Of a stretch of DNA of 64,000 bases, positions 1 to 13,142 are shown one piece after another. This DNA is from Octopus vulgaris (Eukaryota): NCBI GenBank assembly GCA_951406725.2, contig OX597825.1:3968001-4032000 (forward strand). Direction: 5' to 3'. Both the position numbers and the translations under genes were made by a program. Under the pieces are notes generated by a model. That model searched no databases, was not told the origin of the DNA, and saw only the letters and a program-made list of their open reading frames with translations. Within the stretch, counting starts at the first letter, position 1. Every line of letters starts with the position of its first letter.

Positions 1-450
1 ATACAAGCCGGAGTCGGAAAAGCTGATGCGACAACAACGAGGTCAATAAAGATGATGACAACTGTGGCAAAGAAACAAAACAACATATGAGTGTTTAAGA
101 AATAGTATGAATTTGATTTATTCACATTACACTCTTGACTCGGTCTGATATCAGTATGATATCAGGCTGCACGAATTGATGTAAACTCTTTCAACACCAC
201 ATTCCTTCGGCATTTTTATGTTTATGTTTTGCTTTCAACAATGAAACACAGCTTGGGCATCTTCTATCAGAAGCAATGAACCTCTTCTACACCTTATTCA
301 CTGAATGAGAAGACAGGGAAAAATCTCTTTGAAACTAAGCATTGCGTTTCTCAGTAGAGACAAGGATATTCTTAGGGCAGCTCCCAAGTACCAGTAAAAT
401 AGAACCTCTGCTTCGTCGTTATCTTTTGGAAAGTAAAAAAGCACATCGTT

Positions 451-592
451 ATGATCATCATAATAGTCGTCATCATCGTGTTCGTCATTGTCGTCGTCAT
501 CATTATCAACTTAACCATCACTACAACCACCACTACCATCACCAACACCATCATCATCATTATTATAATGAACATCAACAGCAACAACTGCA
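451..592. repeat. Compound trinucleotide microsatellite (CAT/CGT/CAC/CAA)
   Basis: Imperfect triplet repeats; they explain the low-complexity ORFs 342..611, 372..596 and 451..633. Confidence 0.85.
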
Positions 593-980
593 ACACACTA
601 TTCTATTATGAAGCCAAGGTAATTTCATATTAATTACATACAATCGTCCTCTGTAGAAGAGCAACACAGATTAATTCTATACATCCTTTCAATAATTGCA
701 TGCGTATAATCTAACCATGACTGGGTGAACTGAGTCTTGTAATATGCGTTGCACGTAATGTCTTGTAACATACACGAGTTGCTGTATCCAGTGTTTATGC
801 ACCATATGTATCATTCACTGGAATCAACATGTTTATTAAGTAAAATATTCTCGGATCAATATTAAAAGAACAGTCGTGAAACCTTATAAATCATTAGTAA
901 ATAGATTAATCGGGATTTGAGCGTGACATCATTCGAAACACATCACCTCATTCTTTGGTATTTTTTATTTTATTTTGTAA

Positions 981-1210
981 GGAGGCGAGCTGGCAGAAAC
1001 GTTAGCACGCCGGGCGAAATGCTCAGCCGTATTACGTCTGCCGTTACGTTCTGAGTTCAAATTCCGCCGAGGTTGAATTTGCCTTTGATCCTTTCGGGGT
1101 CGATAAATTAAGTACCAGTTACGCACTGGGGTCGATGTAATCGACTTAATCCGTTTGTCTGTCCTTGTTTGCCCCCTCTGTGTTTAGCCCCTTGTGGGTA
1201 GTAAAGAAAT
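981..1210 (+). mobile_element. tRNA-derived SINE, family A
   Basis: Head GGCGAGCTGGCAGAAACGTTAGC, B-box-like GAGTTCAAATTCC, core GCCTTTGATCCTTTCGGGGTCGATAAATTAAGTACCAG. Close match to the copy at 61002. The core resembles the Meta/MESC-type SINE domain (from memory). Confidence 0.85.
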
Positions 1211-2682
1211 ATATATATTTTGTATTTTGTGTTAATTCTATACCATGATGTTGAATATATTCTCGATTGTTAGCGTAGAGATTTGCTTTGCCCGTTCTGA
1301 TATCAGAGGCCTCGACAATTTTCAGACATGTTTTCCTTCATTCCTTTTGTAAACTAGAAATATAAACATTAAGAAGAAACAGGCAGATACTCTACGATAA
1401 GATCAACTATTGTCAAATTTTTAATTATCTTCCTCCAGAGAAGATCCTTAAATTTCAGAGAAATGGCAATGAGAATCTCAATTAGGTGTTATTCAGTTTA
1501 ATCCCAACAGCATATGGCATCACACACACACAATATTACATGTATATATGCATTTGTATATTTGTATGGATACGCATACACATACACACTCACATGTTTT
1601 GCAATTATGAGAACGTTTAACTTGCCGCATTCAATAAAACATTGCTAATCAATTTTGAACCAACAAACTATATATTTACTCATTTGAAATAAAGGCGGAA
1701 TGATTTTTAGACGAAGTTCGTAACCCCGTATTTAACACATTTCAAACGATGCGCATGTATGTTTCTTGACTCCGACAAAACTTCACAAATTTTTATTTTG
1801 AGGCCTTATTGAATTGAGGATAATTACCGCAAAATGTATTTACTTTTATATATTTTACCAAGACATTAAACGATGAAAAAGCACCGTGGTTGCACAATAA
1901 GCTGTAAATCTTCTGAAATTATTCAGATGAAAGGCAATGCAACCTACCTATTTTCCTTTCATTCCATTTATTTTTCATCGACATCAGTGAATTTTAATTA
2001 AGAAATATGAGTATTATGGTTAATGATGCTTCATTTCAATTCAATACTTGTGTGATTATTATTATTCCAAGTATACATATATGTTTTGCCTTTGATCGCC
2101 ACGTTCAAAAGCTATTAATTTACAAGGTCGTATAATCAAAGATCCAATATCAAGACCTCGAATTCAAATGAAATAGTATAGCATGAAATGATGGAGCACA
2201 ATACTCGATATATTATACCATGTCATTGCTTTAATAAAGTGACGTAACCATTTACTTTTAAACAAAACCAATATCGACGAACAATCTGGTTCATATCGAC
2301 AGGAAATTGAATTTCTAGGAGTATTTCATCAACAAGATTCCACATTCCTCCATTGAATCATGCCGAAGACGAATTGCCGTATAATATTAATGTATATTTT
2401 ATTTTACCAGCCCAGCAAATGAATATATCGTTACGTTAGACGAATTAGATTTCATTGATCATTACAGTCTGACATAAATTTTATAATAGGGAAAATAATT
2501 CTGGTAAGTTTGTAGCATGTTACGGCTTTAATGTTTTAAGGAAAACTTTCACTGTGCATGTATGCGTTAGGCATTTCCATTATGGATTATGAGGGGGAAA
2601 CCGCGTGTTTTTAACTGTTTGCACATATTGACTCGATACACGGTGAAAAGTAATTTTTTAAAAATAGTAAGAACGACTACAC

Positions 2683-2684
<2 letters not shown>

Positions 2685-2751
<67 letters not shown>

Positions 2752-2790
2752 CATCATCATTGTTGTTGTTGTTGTTCTTGTTCTTGTTGT
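2685..2790. repeat. (TTA)n/(TCA)n/(TTG)n microsatellite at the 3' end of the Dong-like LINE
   Basis: Reads as a (TAA)n-type tract on the minus strand directly after the LINE 3' UTR. Confidence 0.9.
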
Positions 2791-3740
2791 CTTTGCACAG
2801 CTTCTAATGTTGGGGATGTACTACAGTGTCAGCTGTTCACTACCAGTGAGCTAAGGTAACACCTCTTATTTTGCGAGCACCTTCCGGAGTTTTCGAGCGG
2901 TTCCAAGCAGTTGTGTTTTCGAGATTGTTGCTCACTGTACCCAGGGCTCCGATAATTATTGGCACTATTGCTACCTTTTTCATCGACCACAACTGCTTAC
3001 CTTCGCAAGCTAACCTGTCATATCTCAACTTTTCTTTCTTCCTTATTGCATACAAGCCTGATCTTCTTACTTCTAGTAAAATGATCTTCAGTGACATTTC
3101 TAACATATGTATGTTTTCTTCTGCTCTAATGCAGTGTGTCCCCATCAACTCAGTCCTCTTCCACCTACTTTCCGGGATATATACAATGTGTTTGTGTCAC
3201 TTTTTGGTTGGACTCTCCCATATCTAGTTAGCAACTTCCTTGTCTTTCTGTCTAAGCTGTTTAGTTCGTCTACTGTCCATGCGATTACCCCTGTTCCATA
3301 TCTAAAGAGTGGAACTGCCCATGTGTTGATAGCTTCAATCTTATTCCGTCCATTTAATTTCGATTTAAGGATCTGTCTCAGTCTGCGCAAGTACTCCACC
3401 TTAAATGTTTCTGTAATTTCTTTCTCCATTAATTTATCCATATCCCAAATCCCTAAGCACATATAGCCCGTCTCTTGTTTCTGTTTCAGAACCTCTTCCA
3501 ACGGTATCCCTACTCCGTCCATACATTTGATTTTGCCTCTCTTCAATACTAACACATCGCACTTTTTTCTGTCCGAACTCCCTTCTTATATCAGCACGGG
3601 AGGTATATAATGTATCAACGAGGGAACTGACTTGGGATTCATCTTTACCATAAGGTTTGAGGTCATACGTGAATAACAAATGGTTGGCTTTTTGTTGGCG
3701 GCTCTTGAATACATAACCAGCCTTTGCTTTCCTCAGAATC

Positions 3741-3743
<3 letters not shown>
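2791..3743 (-). mobile_element. 5'-truncated, internally deleted R4/Dong-clade non-LTR retrotransposon
   Basis: Minus-strand peptides NHLLFTYDLKPY (degenerate F/YMDD motif), GYMCLGI, KSKLNGRNKIEAINTWAVPLFRY...RKVGGRGL (RT thumb) and KEKLRYDRLA...LW...VPIIIGALG (RLE C-terminus). Frameshifted; flanked by TAA repeats on both sides. Confidence 0.9.
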
Positions 3744-3744
<1 letters not shown>

Positions 3745-3779
<35 letters not shown>

Positions 3780-3869
3780 GTTGTTGTTAGTAGTAGTAGT
3801 AGTAGTATTAGTAGTAGCAGTAGTAGTATCATTATCATCATCATCATCATTATCATCAGCATCATTATT
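3745..3869. repeat. (TTA)n/(TAG)n/(TCA)n compound microsatellite
   Basis: Directly visible; abuts the truncated 5' end of the LINE. Confidence 0.9.
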
Positions 3870-3870
3870 T

Positions 3871-4073
3871 AACTGCCACAAGCGTTAGTACTCCGGGAGA
3901 AATGCTAGGCTGCATTTCGTCTGTCTTAATGTTCTAAGTTCAGATTTCGTCGAGGTGGACTTTGCCCTTCATTGTTTTGGGGCCGATAGAATAAGGACCG
4001 ATGAAGCACTGAAATAAATTTAATCGACTTGGTCCATCGTCCGAAATTGCTGGCATTGTGCCAAAATTTGAGA
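3871..4073 (+). mobile_element. Diverged SINE family A copy
   Basis: CGTTAGTACTCCGGGAGAAATGC...GACTTTGCCCTTCATTG...GGGGCCGATAGAATAAG aligns with 981-1210; it ends in the alternative tail GCTGGCATTGTGCCAAAATTTGAG. Confidence 0.75.
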
Positions 4074-4299
4074 TCATTATCATAACCATTTCTATTCCCC
4101 TTGGTAGTCCTCATATATTGCAATCAAATGCTGATTCATACCTTCTTTACATGCAGTATTTTTCTATTTCTAATTCTCTTTCAGATATTCTATATGTTGT
4201 ATGTGACGCTATGCTATGCGTGTGATATTCATTAAATATTTGCCTTCATCCCTTTTTATTAATTTTCAAACGATTGTAACTATACGCACTGTTCTGTGT

Positions 4300-6100
4300 A
4301 TAATCTCCTACACGCTCGTTATTTCTACATCCAGATCGAATATTTCAATAACTGATTTAATTATTTTGAACTGATGCTTGAATTACGTTGTATATTTTCT
4401 CTTGGTAGTTTTCAATAATATTCTCTATTCAAATTTATTTCAGAATTTCGGCAACATATTACGCCTGATGATATACATCTGGAAAATTCTTTCTAGTAGA
4501 CATTGATCCTGAGCTGTAATTCTCTTTTAACCTTTCATTTTGCACAATCATTTTTTATTATTGTTATGTCGCTATCCGGTCTATTGAAAACTTTCGGGAG
4601 TTATAAGGGTTCGTATTCCTTCCCCATACCATTACAATTTTTCTGTATTAATCACTGTTTTAATTCGTTCAATTAAATTTGAATCATCATAACCTGTATG
4701 GAATCTTTCCGCTGTTTACATCAGCTTAGTAGGCATTTGGTTTTTGAGGTAGATGCTAAAAGTATGTATGCCCTTTGTTATACGATCACAACAATTTGTT
4801 TCCTCCGCGCTTAGCAACTTTTTTCGATGTTTGTCTAGTTCATCAGCGTTAGTGTTATAAAATATTTCAAATTGTAATCGATCCCTCTCTACATTATGCT
4901 TACTGCAAAGTGATTCATGGCAAAGTTTGGGTCATGCAATATAAATAATATCAAATTTAATATAAACAATATCAAAATGTTTATTCTACCTTATTTTCTT
5001 CTCTGTTGCACCTTAGAACGAATCCTATTCAAGTTATATATTGCTGTTGTGATATCTAAGGTGTTATCCGCTTGAAACTTACTGTTAGACTTGAGTTCAT
5101 ATTTAAGATAATTCTCAAATATCTTACAGATTTATCGATCTTATTGTATCAATCTTAGTTTATCCAGGATAACACATTTGTAAAAATTGTTCATATTTAG
5201 TAAAAATTGTTGGTATTTTCAATCACCACTTTATTCTTACTGCATGTTATCATGTATTAATCGGAGTAGAGAGGATTCCATACTACAGTACTACATGTGT
5301 CTTTTAATATTCAACATGCCTTGATTTTGTTTGAACTACTTTTGCGAAACGTAGCCCATCGGCAAATAGTTGCAATGCTTCTGATGCAAGAAGACTGCGT
5401 TGATTTAGTAAAATGCAATATAATATTTCTTTATCAATTAAAAACAAAACTTACCTTGTTTTATTTAAAAACCAAGAAAGTAAATATTTGCTGAAGAACC
5501 ATTAAGCGACACAGCTTTCCGATTTTTTTTCTGCTTACTTGCATACATGTATACCAATATGTCAATGTTAAAAAGCGAACGTTCTGCAATCGCTTCCCAA
5601 CATTGACATAACCATTAACAGTTATTTGCTTTCAAGCAGATGTCAATTTTATTCTCATTATATATATATGATCTCACCGTTTCTATTTTTTTGTTTTACA
5701 GCGTTTGAATTTTTTATTTTTTAAATATACCACTCTTAGTCTCCAATTATATTACTATGATGAGTACAATTCTGGAGGTTGTCTTCTAAAACACACAATA
5801 TAATATTCTGTTTATTAATAAATTTCAACTGGTATCTCCAATTTCCAGTATTAGTTTAAATATTTGCCATCGCTATGAGCTTAGTGTGCATTTAGTATCT
5901 TCTGTTATTAATATACATATGTAAAACCAAATTCATTTTTTTACATTTCTGTGATATTTTAAGTACCTTTCTTACACCGAACTTGACGTTTGATAGAGAA
6001 AGCAGAATCCATTTCACATAGTTATGGTCCTTTAAGTAGGTGACCAATGTCATAATGAGGCATTGCAAAATTCTATTATACGTTTAGTATATTAGAACGT
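4300..6100 (-). pseudogene. Ancient, heavily decayed R4/Dong-like LINE ORF
   Basis: Minus-strand fragments in the expected order: LKYELKSNSKFQADNTLDI (about 5050-5110; compare LKSKLNGRNKIEAINT), KCLLS*CKQRKDSI (about 4700-4740, zinc-knuckle position) and NRPD (about 4575-4586, RLE motif). Boundaries approximate. Confidence 0.55.
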
Positions 6101-6184
6101 ACGCATGTTATTTCAGATTTGAATGTTTTACCTTCAGTTTAAATATTCAACTCTGTAGATTACAGAAGCCAGATTTCCATAGAG

Positions 6185-6614
6185 ATTATTGGTTATTTTT
6201 TCAGCGACCACAACTGCATAACCTCCCAAGCCGACATGTCATATCTTTCGACCTTTCTTTCTCATCACATGTCAGCTGGGTATGCTATATGTATGATTCG
6301 GCATAGTTTGTTTTCTTTCTCAATTAACACTATGTCTGACTTCCTATTCTCTATCTCATGGTCGCACTGAATCATAACTATTAATTATAATTGCCTTTGA
6401 ACAGCTTCTAGCGCTGGAGATGTACTACGGTGTCAGCTGTTCACTACTAGTGAACTAAGGTAACACCTCTTATTTTTCGAGCACCTTCCAGAGTTTTCGA
6501 GCGGTTCGAAGCAGTGCTGTTTTCTGCACGTGCTCCACCCTTATTGCAGACACTATTAGTTCCACGTACTTCTCGTGATGTTTTCTTACTGTTTCCAGGC
6601 TCTGACAATTATTG
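6185..6614 (-). mobile_element. Dong-like LINE 3' fragment with permuted segment order
   Basis: 6396-6614 encodes ...IRVEHVQKTALLRTARKLWKVLEK* plus a 3' UTR matching 2791-2900. 6185-6377 encodes the preceding segment IQCDHEIENRKSDIVLIEKENKLCRIIHIAYP...LWSLKK. Confidence 0.85.
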
Positions 6615-7557
6615 TTCTTAATTGTACTTAGTTGTTTTTTGTCTGAAGTGAGCTTAGGTGGCTTTACTTCAACTGGCTTCAGCTGCGATGAACGGAATAG
6701 ATTTACACCCGATCCTTCTCGCAAATTTGGTTTCAAGACGCGCCTGAGAGACAGGGAGATGGTAAGAGAAAGAGAGAGAGAGAGAGATAGGGAGAGACAG
6801 GAAGAGAAATAGATTGAGGAGTACATATCTTAATGTGAGAAAGAGTTCGGGTTGTTCCCATTGAGTTTTCATAGAAATATCCTGCTAATGAGTCTTTTCT
6901 ATCAGCATGTGTGTGATTTGGAGTAAATTTGCCTATTCCCTCTGTGGAAAATGTGCATATTGATGTCACTTTGAAGTGTGTGACTGTGGTCATGGCATTG
7001 AGAAAAGAAATATACGACGCGATGCACATCAGCAATATATATTTTGCGTAAATTAAAAACGATGTAACTTTCATCAAAGACTACTGGGCAATTCTTGATG
7101 CAGCATCCAGTAACTTTGAAACTGCTTGTATTCAAATTTAACGTTGTCTAATGTGTCGTCGTCGTTCTAAAATCTCAGCAATAAATACGTATACAGTTAT
7201 GACTCATTGAATTTCTTTTGTCTTAAACTAAATTAAGCAACATAGTTTCCTTTGCATTAAAATACACTTTCAGATGGCTCCCTCTACTGCATTTAACAAT
7301 GATCAAAATATTTTCACAATAATATTAGTCCTTAGATTTTATACGCACACCAGAACATATATACGTACAAGTTCATACAGATGTACACACGGGTGTTTGT
7401 GTGTGTAAACGAACAAACATGAACATATATAAAAGCAAGCACATATATGCAAGTATATATAGATACCTATACACATGAATGTTAACGTTATATGCTTGTG
7501 TATATACGTATAGGTACGTGTATTTGCGTGTGTGAAGTAAATTTAGTCTCTCTCGTG

Positions 7558-7595
<38 letters not shown>

Positions 7596-9192
7596 GTCCG
7601 TCGCGCTCTCTGAGTATATATGTGTATATATGTATATATGTATACGCGCACATACACACATACATGTTGGGTTTGCAATTAACGATCAAAGAGCTTCAAA
7701 CGATGTGTTAGCAAATGATTCCTAGCGAATAAACGACTCTTTGTCATGGAAACCTACTTAATTAAAATGTATTTTTCTATTTCCTACCGACTTATTTCTC
7801 TTCTGTATTGCTTTAGCTTCTTTCTTCCTTTCTTTTTTTTTTTGTCTGTTGTTACATTTACATCGTTAAATTTACATCCATTTTCCATTCATTGAACTTA
7901 TTGTTATTGCAAATTGCTGATTCCATTTAAAGCTCTTTGCTTGTTAGTATATTTCGTTTAACGTTCCTATGTTTTAATGACTTTTATTGCATTTCAAAAT
8001 TAATTGCAATTATTTGTAGTTTTGTTTGTTTATACGTACTTGTATTGTAGAATGTTTGCGAAGCATTAACCATATCAAGCTAATAATCGAGTGATAATAA
8101 ATATAATATAAATCATTAAGATTACCGTAGCTTTTTCATGACTTTTAAATAGTGTAGATAGATGCGATGTTACGGAGCTTCAATATTATTTTGTGGAAGT
8201 GGCGCTCTGCGTATATTATATTGATTAGCACGAGATTGTGTGTAGTGCCATGAAATCTGTCTATAACAAATTGGTTTGTAACTATGTTCACTACATTACC
8301 ATCCAGTTTAAATTACGTCGCCGTCCATCACAATGGTGACAAATTTGGTGAAATTATTACTAGTCAGTATTTTTTAAAACTCACATCTATTTCGTTAATT
8401 TTTTTCTTTTAAACTGGAGCCTGTGTTTTGCTTGAATTAATTGCTCCTTATGTGGTTACTGGTAAAGCAACTCAGCAAGGCTTTAGCATTTTCAATAACA
8501 TCATTCTTAATAAAAGAGATAGTTTCTATAATAATATTATTGCGAATGTATGAAGAGTGACTTTATAATAAATAGAAAAATTCGACAGCTAATGATATCG
8601 TATAAAGTGTATAATGATCATTTACTTTCAGACTTCAAATGTAGCTTCTTTCAAATTTGCATGTCATTGTCGATAGCAATATGTGTTATACGTATGGTTG
8701 ATCCGAAATGACCTACAATAACTCCCCATTGCAATATAAGTGTCAGTTTTATATGATACAAATGATATCATTTATGTTCATGGAGCAATACTTTTTGTAG
8801 ATTGACTAACAGACGTGGGAATGCACACGTTATCAAGGATCCCAAACATTTTTAGTATTTCAGACTTGTTCTTTATACTTAGATATTATTTTGAGGCATT
8901 GCCCTTATACTTCAGCCATAATATGCAATGTAAAATATATCAATCGAATCATATGTGCAATCATCCAGACGCACATATCTATACATTCGGGATTTTGTTA
9001 ACCGCTTGTATACACACCATATCAACATAATTATACCGCTTCCTTATAAAACATGACGGTGTCCGAAAGAGACGAGCTTATTTCCGTTAGTATTTATTTA
9101 CTCTTTTCATTGGCCAACGTAATAAAAGTAATTAACAAATGTATTTGTTTGGAAAAAAAAATCAATGTTTCAGAGCCAGAAACCAAATGGAT

Positions 9193-9197
<5 letters not shown>

Positions 9198-9264
<67 letters not shown>

Positions 9265-9277
9265 AGTATATGTATAT

Positions 9278-9336
<59 letters not shown>
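9198..9336. repeat. (TA)n/(CA)n microsatellite, representative of dozens in the window
   Basis: Direct observation. Similar tracts lie near 11360, 12860, 13075, 13860, 14300, 19100, 24910, 26750, 30880, 33860, 38180, 50250 and 58570. Confidence 0.95.
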
Positions 9337-10231
9337 CCTGTGGTGGGGTGTGTGCTTACGTATGTATTTATAAAATACAATAAGTTCATTGAAATGTCAC
9401 ATACACTATTGAAAATCACACATTATATTTATCAGTATTTTCAGTTGTGCGTTGTTTGCTATAAACTACCAAATACATTAATAACACTTCTATGGACTAT
9501 TCATTAACATTATTTTATTACATTAATGTATGACAATGTGTCTCTGAACCTGTCACAAATGCGCCGACAATTAATATATTTGTCTCTTTGCCACGTTATT
9601 GCTTCATGCCTTTTTTCTTATCTCCTTTATTTCCCCATCACCGCAAAATATTATTATAATATCTCAGTTCGCATAAGGAAGGGTATCCCCAGGCAAATAT
9701 ATTTATTTTCGCATCGAATATTCCAGCTTTGCAGACGCTAGTATTCTCTAAACTGAAGTAGAAATAGCTGTGTCATATTTCTTATGTGGTATTTATTTTT
9801 GCATTGGCTTTGCAGTTCCCAAACGCCATTGCAATAGTGTACGAAAAATAAAGGAAGATCCCTTGAAAATACACAGATCTTCGCCGTCGTGTTTGGCAGG
9901 AATGTACAAGAAGTGCCAGCAATGATTTGAATTCTGTTCTCCAAACAAAGCAAAAAGGCGAAAACTGAATGAACAAAATCTTGCAAAATTTTCAAGATCT
10001 TAATAGAATACTCAGATTTCTAGTTATTTAGAGCAGAGCTGCCTTCTCAAGCAAACGTTTCAGCTCTTTAGGAAAATCCAAAGTGAACTTACCCTGAACA
10101 CATCATAATGCCTATACAACAACATCATAACCGACGATCCTTTGCGAGATTTATACAACCGTAGCAACAGCACCAGCGGTAGTAGTAGCAGTAGCACTAA
10201 ATAATAATGATAATCATATCAACTAAGGTAA

Positions 10232-10307
10232 AACAAAGCCTGAAGTACTGTGGGGTGGGTGTAGCTGATTGGTATTTATTTTATCAATCCTGAAGGATGA
10301 AAGGCAA
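10232..10307 (-). mobile_element. SINE family A fragment (core)
   Basis: TGGTATTTATTTTATCAATCCTGAAGGATGAAAGGCAA is the reverse complement of the family A core. Confidence 0.6.
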
Positions 10308-11355
10308 TTGGACGGATGGAATAAAATCCAGGTAGGTAATCACTATTGTATGGCGCCGGAAGTATGACATATCAAAAAAGAAAAGTGAGGAAAATGGGTA
10401 CAAAGACAAGTAAAATACTTACAGTACACGGAGCCTTCCACTCTGAGAATGGCACCGATAGACTGTACTTGTCCAGAAGAAAGAGTGGGAAACGTTTGAC
10501 CAGTTGCCAGGACAGAATCGAAGTAGAGGAAACCACGTTAGTGTGGTATAAAAAAATGTCACGGAGCTATTGTTGAAACATACGAAGGAGGCCGGCGTCA
10601 CCAAATCTGAGAATTGTGTAATGCAAGAAAAACTTTAAGAGAAATGAACACCGAAATAAATAACATGGGAGTAGAAACAAATTACGGGTAGTTTTGAAGT
10701 GAGGCGAACGCCAAGACGGATGCAGTGGACCGGTGGCTATGACGAAGAAGACTGATCTGGTGATAGAGAGTGAAGCATTCCTATGAGCAGCTTAAGAACA
10801 AGCATTAAGGACCAACGATGTGAAGTGCCGAATAGACAACACTACCGACAGCAACAAATGGCGAATGTGTGGTGAGCAGAGTGAAACGGTATGACACATC
10901 GTTAGCGAATGGCCGAAATTGGGTGCTCTGTAGGATTCATGCCGTACACAGAGCAAAGACGTGATGAGATCAAATACCTGAAGGAGTCACGGAGAATAAG
11001 AATCGCAGAATCCTGTGGTAAGCATTAGTTCAGTGGGATCACCTGACCAGATATAGGAAACGGACGGCGTGGTGAATAAAAAAGAAAGTGCATTCATAAT
11101 ATTCGACATAGCATGCTCCTTTAAGAATAGGATTAATGAGAAAGGAGAAGGAAATATAAACAACTATAGGCGCAGAAGAAAAGATAAAAAAGGCGCAGCA
11201 GTGGCTAGTGTGTACTAAGTTGCTTGCTTACCAAAGACATTGGTCCGGGTTCAGTCCCACTGCGAGGCACCTTGGGCAAGTGTCGTATGCTATAGCCTTT
11301 GTGCGTCCAAAGCCTTATGAGTGGATTTGGTAGACGGAAACTGCAAGAAGCCCGT

Positions 11356-11398
<43 letters not shown>

Positions 11399-11401
11399 TG
11401 T

Positions 11402-11452
<51 letters not shown>

Positions 11453-11932
11453 TACTGTTTTTTTATATAATTTCCATCTATCTTGCCCGTATATTGTTCT
11501 GGTGTCCTCTAAATTTTCCTCTAGAGAACATTCTTTTCTTTGTAGTTTGATCGTAGGTGATCTACTTCTAGCATACGGCTGATCACCTAGTGGTTTTTAG
11601 CTCTTTAAATATATATATATATATGCATATAACCCTATGTCGACTTAAAGTGGGAAATACGAAGGTTGTGGTCAACGAGGAGAGTTGACGTGATATCAAT
11701 AGTAAATGGTTCACCTGGAATTATCAGCTCTCAACTACCAGCATGGTTGAATAAAATTGGGGCAAGTGTGATTGTAGAACACCTACGAAAATTTGCTTTA
11801 TTTGGAACTGCAAGAATTCTTCGGAGGTTTCTTGAAACGAGACCTATAAACAAGTATCACCTTAGTCTGCTGGCTGTGCACAGCCGACACTTTCCATCAT
11901 ACCCAGTAAAATAAGGTGTGAGTTTTGATATA

Positions 11933-11933
<1 letters not shown>
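10308..11933 (+). mobile_element. 5'-truncated R4/Dong-clade LINE, interrupted at about 11168-11635
   Basis: RT thumb (VHGAFHSENGTDRLYLSRRKSG), EQALRTN...KWRMCGEQSETV*HIVSEW (decayed CCHC knuckle), RLE C-terminus (LWSTRRVDVISIVNGSPG...GTARILRRFLE), then a (TAA)n tail. Confidence 0.9.
11192..11358 (+). mobile_element. SINE family B, 5' half, nested in the Dong LINE
   Basis: GGCGCAGCAGTGGCT...GGGTTCAGTCCCACTGCGAGGCACCTTGGGCAAGTGTC...GGTAGACGGAAACTGCAAGAAGCCCGTC followed by (TA)n. Confidence 0.85.
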
Positions 11934-12012
<79 letters not shown>

Positions 12013-12027
12013 TATTGATAATAATAA
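11934..12027 (+). repeat. (TAA)n tail or target of the Dong LINE
   Basis: Near-pure TAA run directly after the LINE 3' UTR. Confidence 0.9.
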
Positions 12028-12861
12028 TCGTCTGTAACAACAAAACACACGATGGCAACAAGAATCGCATTTACCAGGAATATATCAAAAGCTTAGCAAA
12101 TAAACAATATGACACATTTGATTAAAATATACATGCATTCAAGTTGCATTCGGTAATTCAATCGAATACAATGCACAATAAAATGTGCTTACATTTCCAA
12201 TTATAGCTATGTGAATAAAATAAAAGATTCTTTTCTAAATATTATCTACTAATGCCATTATTTACTATGTCTTCTTCTGTCTTTATTACTTGCATCAGCA
12301 AAAGAAAGCATTATGTATATAGAGTTATACATTCTGATGTACAGTGATATTTCTTACCATTATATTTTGTTAATTTCAAAATTCTTGAGGCAAATTTACG
12401 TCAATTTGAAGATGCCATATATATCAATATTTTTATAATGGTTTATCATTTTGTTTGACCTACATTTTCTTATCTAGATATGCATTGATATGTGTTCTGC
12501 AGATTACATCATTATACGTAATGTTGAAAACACGTATTATTCGATTTAAACTATTTTGACAGCAATAAAGTTTGTGAATAGTATATATTTTAACTAATGA
12601 TGAGACATTACACTAATATGTGTGTGTGTGTGTGTGTGTGCGCGTTTGTGTTTGTGTGATGATAGATGGTTAGATACAAACGGATATATAGATATATAGA
12701 CACATGTATATTACAAAATATAAACACACATTCATATATATATATGCGTGTGTGTGTGTGTGTGTGTAAATGAATACATATCCATACAGAAAATAAACAC
12801 ACACACTCACAAAGTACGTACGTGTATATATAAATATATATATTTGCATATATATATATAC

Positions 12862-12926
<65 letters not shown>

Positions 12927-13070
12927 CACATAAATGTCAAACGTATATTTGTGTGTATAGGTGTGTGTATGTGGGGAGAGAGAGTCTGCCTCTGCATTAT
13001 TCTATTTTCCTCGAATGGATGAATATATATGAAGCCTTTTTTAGAACATGTATTATGCAGTATATCCATA

Positions 13071-13142
<72 letters not shown>

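Noticed and set aside
240-450. Possible very old RTE-type RT fragment
   Set aside because: The similarity is too faint to support by eye.
6733-7077. Minus-strand ORF with a signal-peptide-like N-terminus (MMKVTSFLIYAKYILLMC...)
   Set aside because: No recognisable domain or exon chain, and it runs into a (CT)n repeat.
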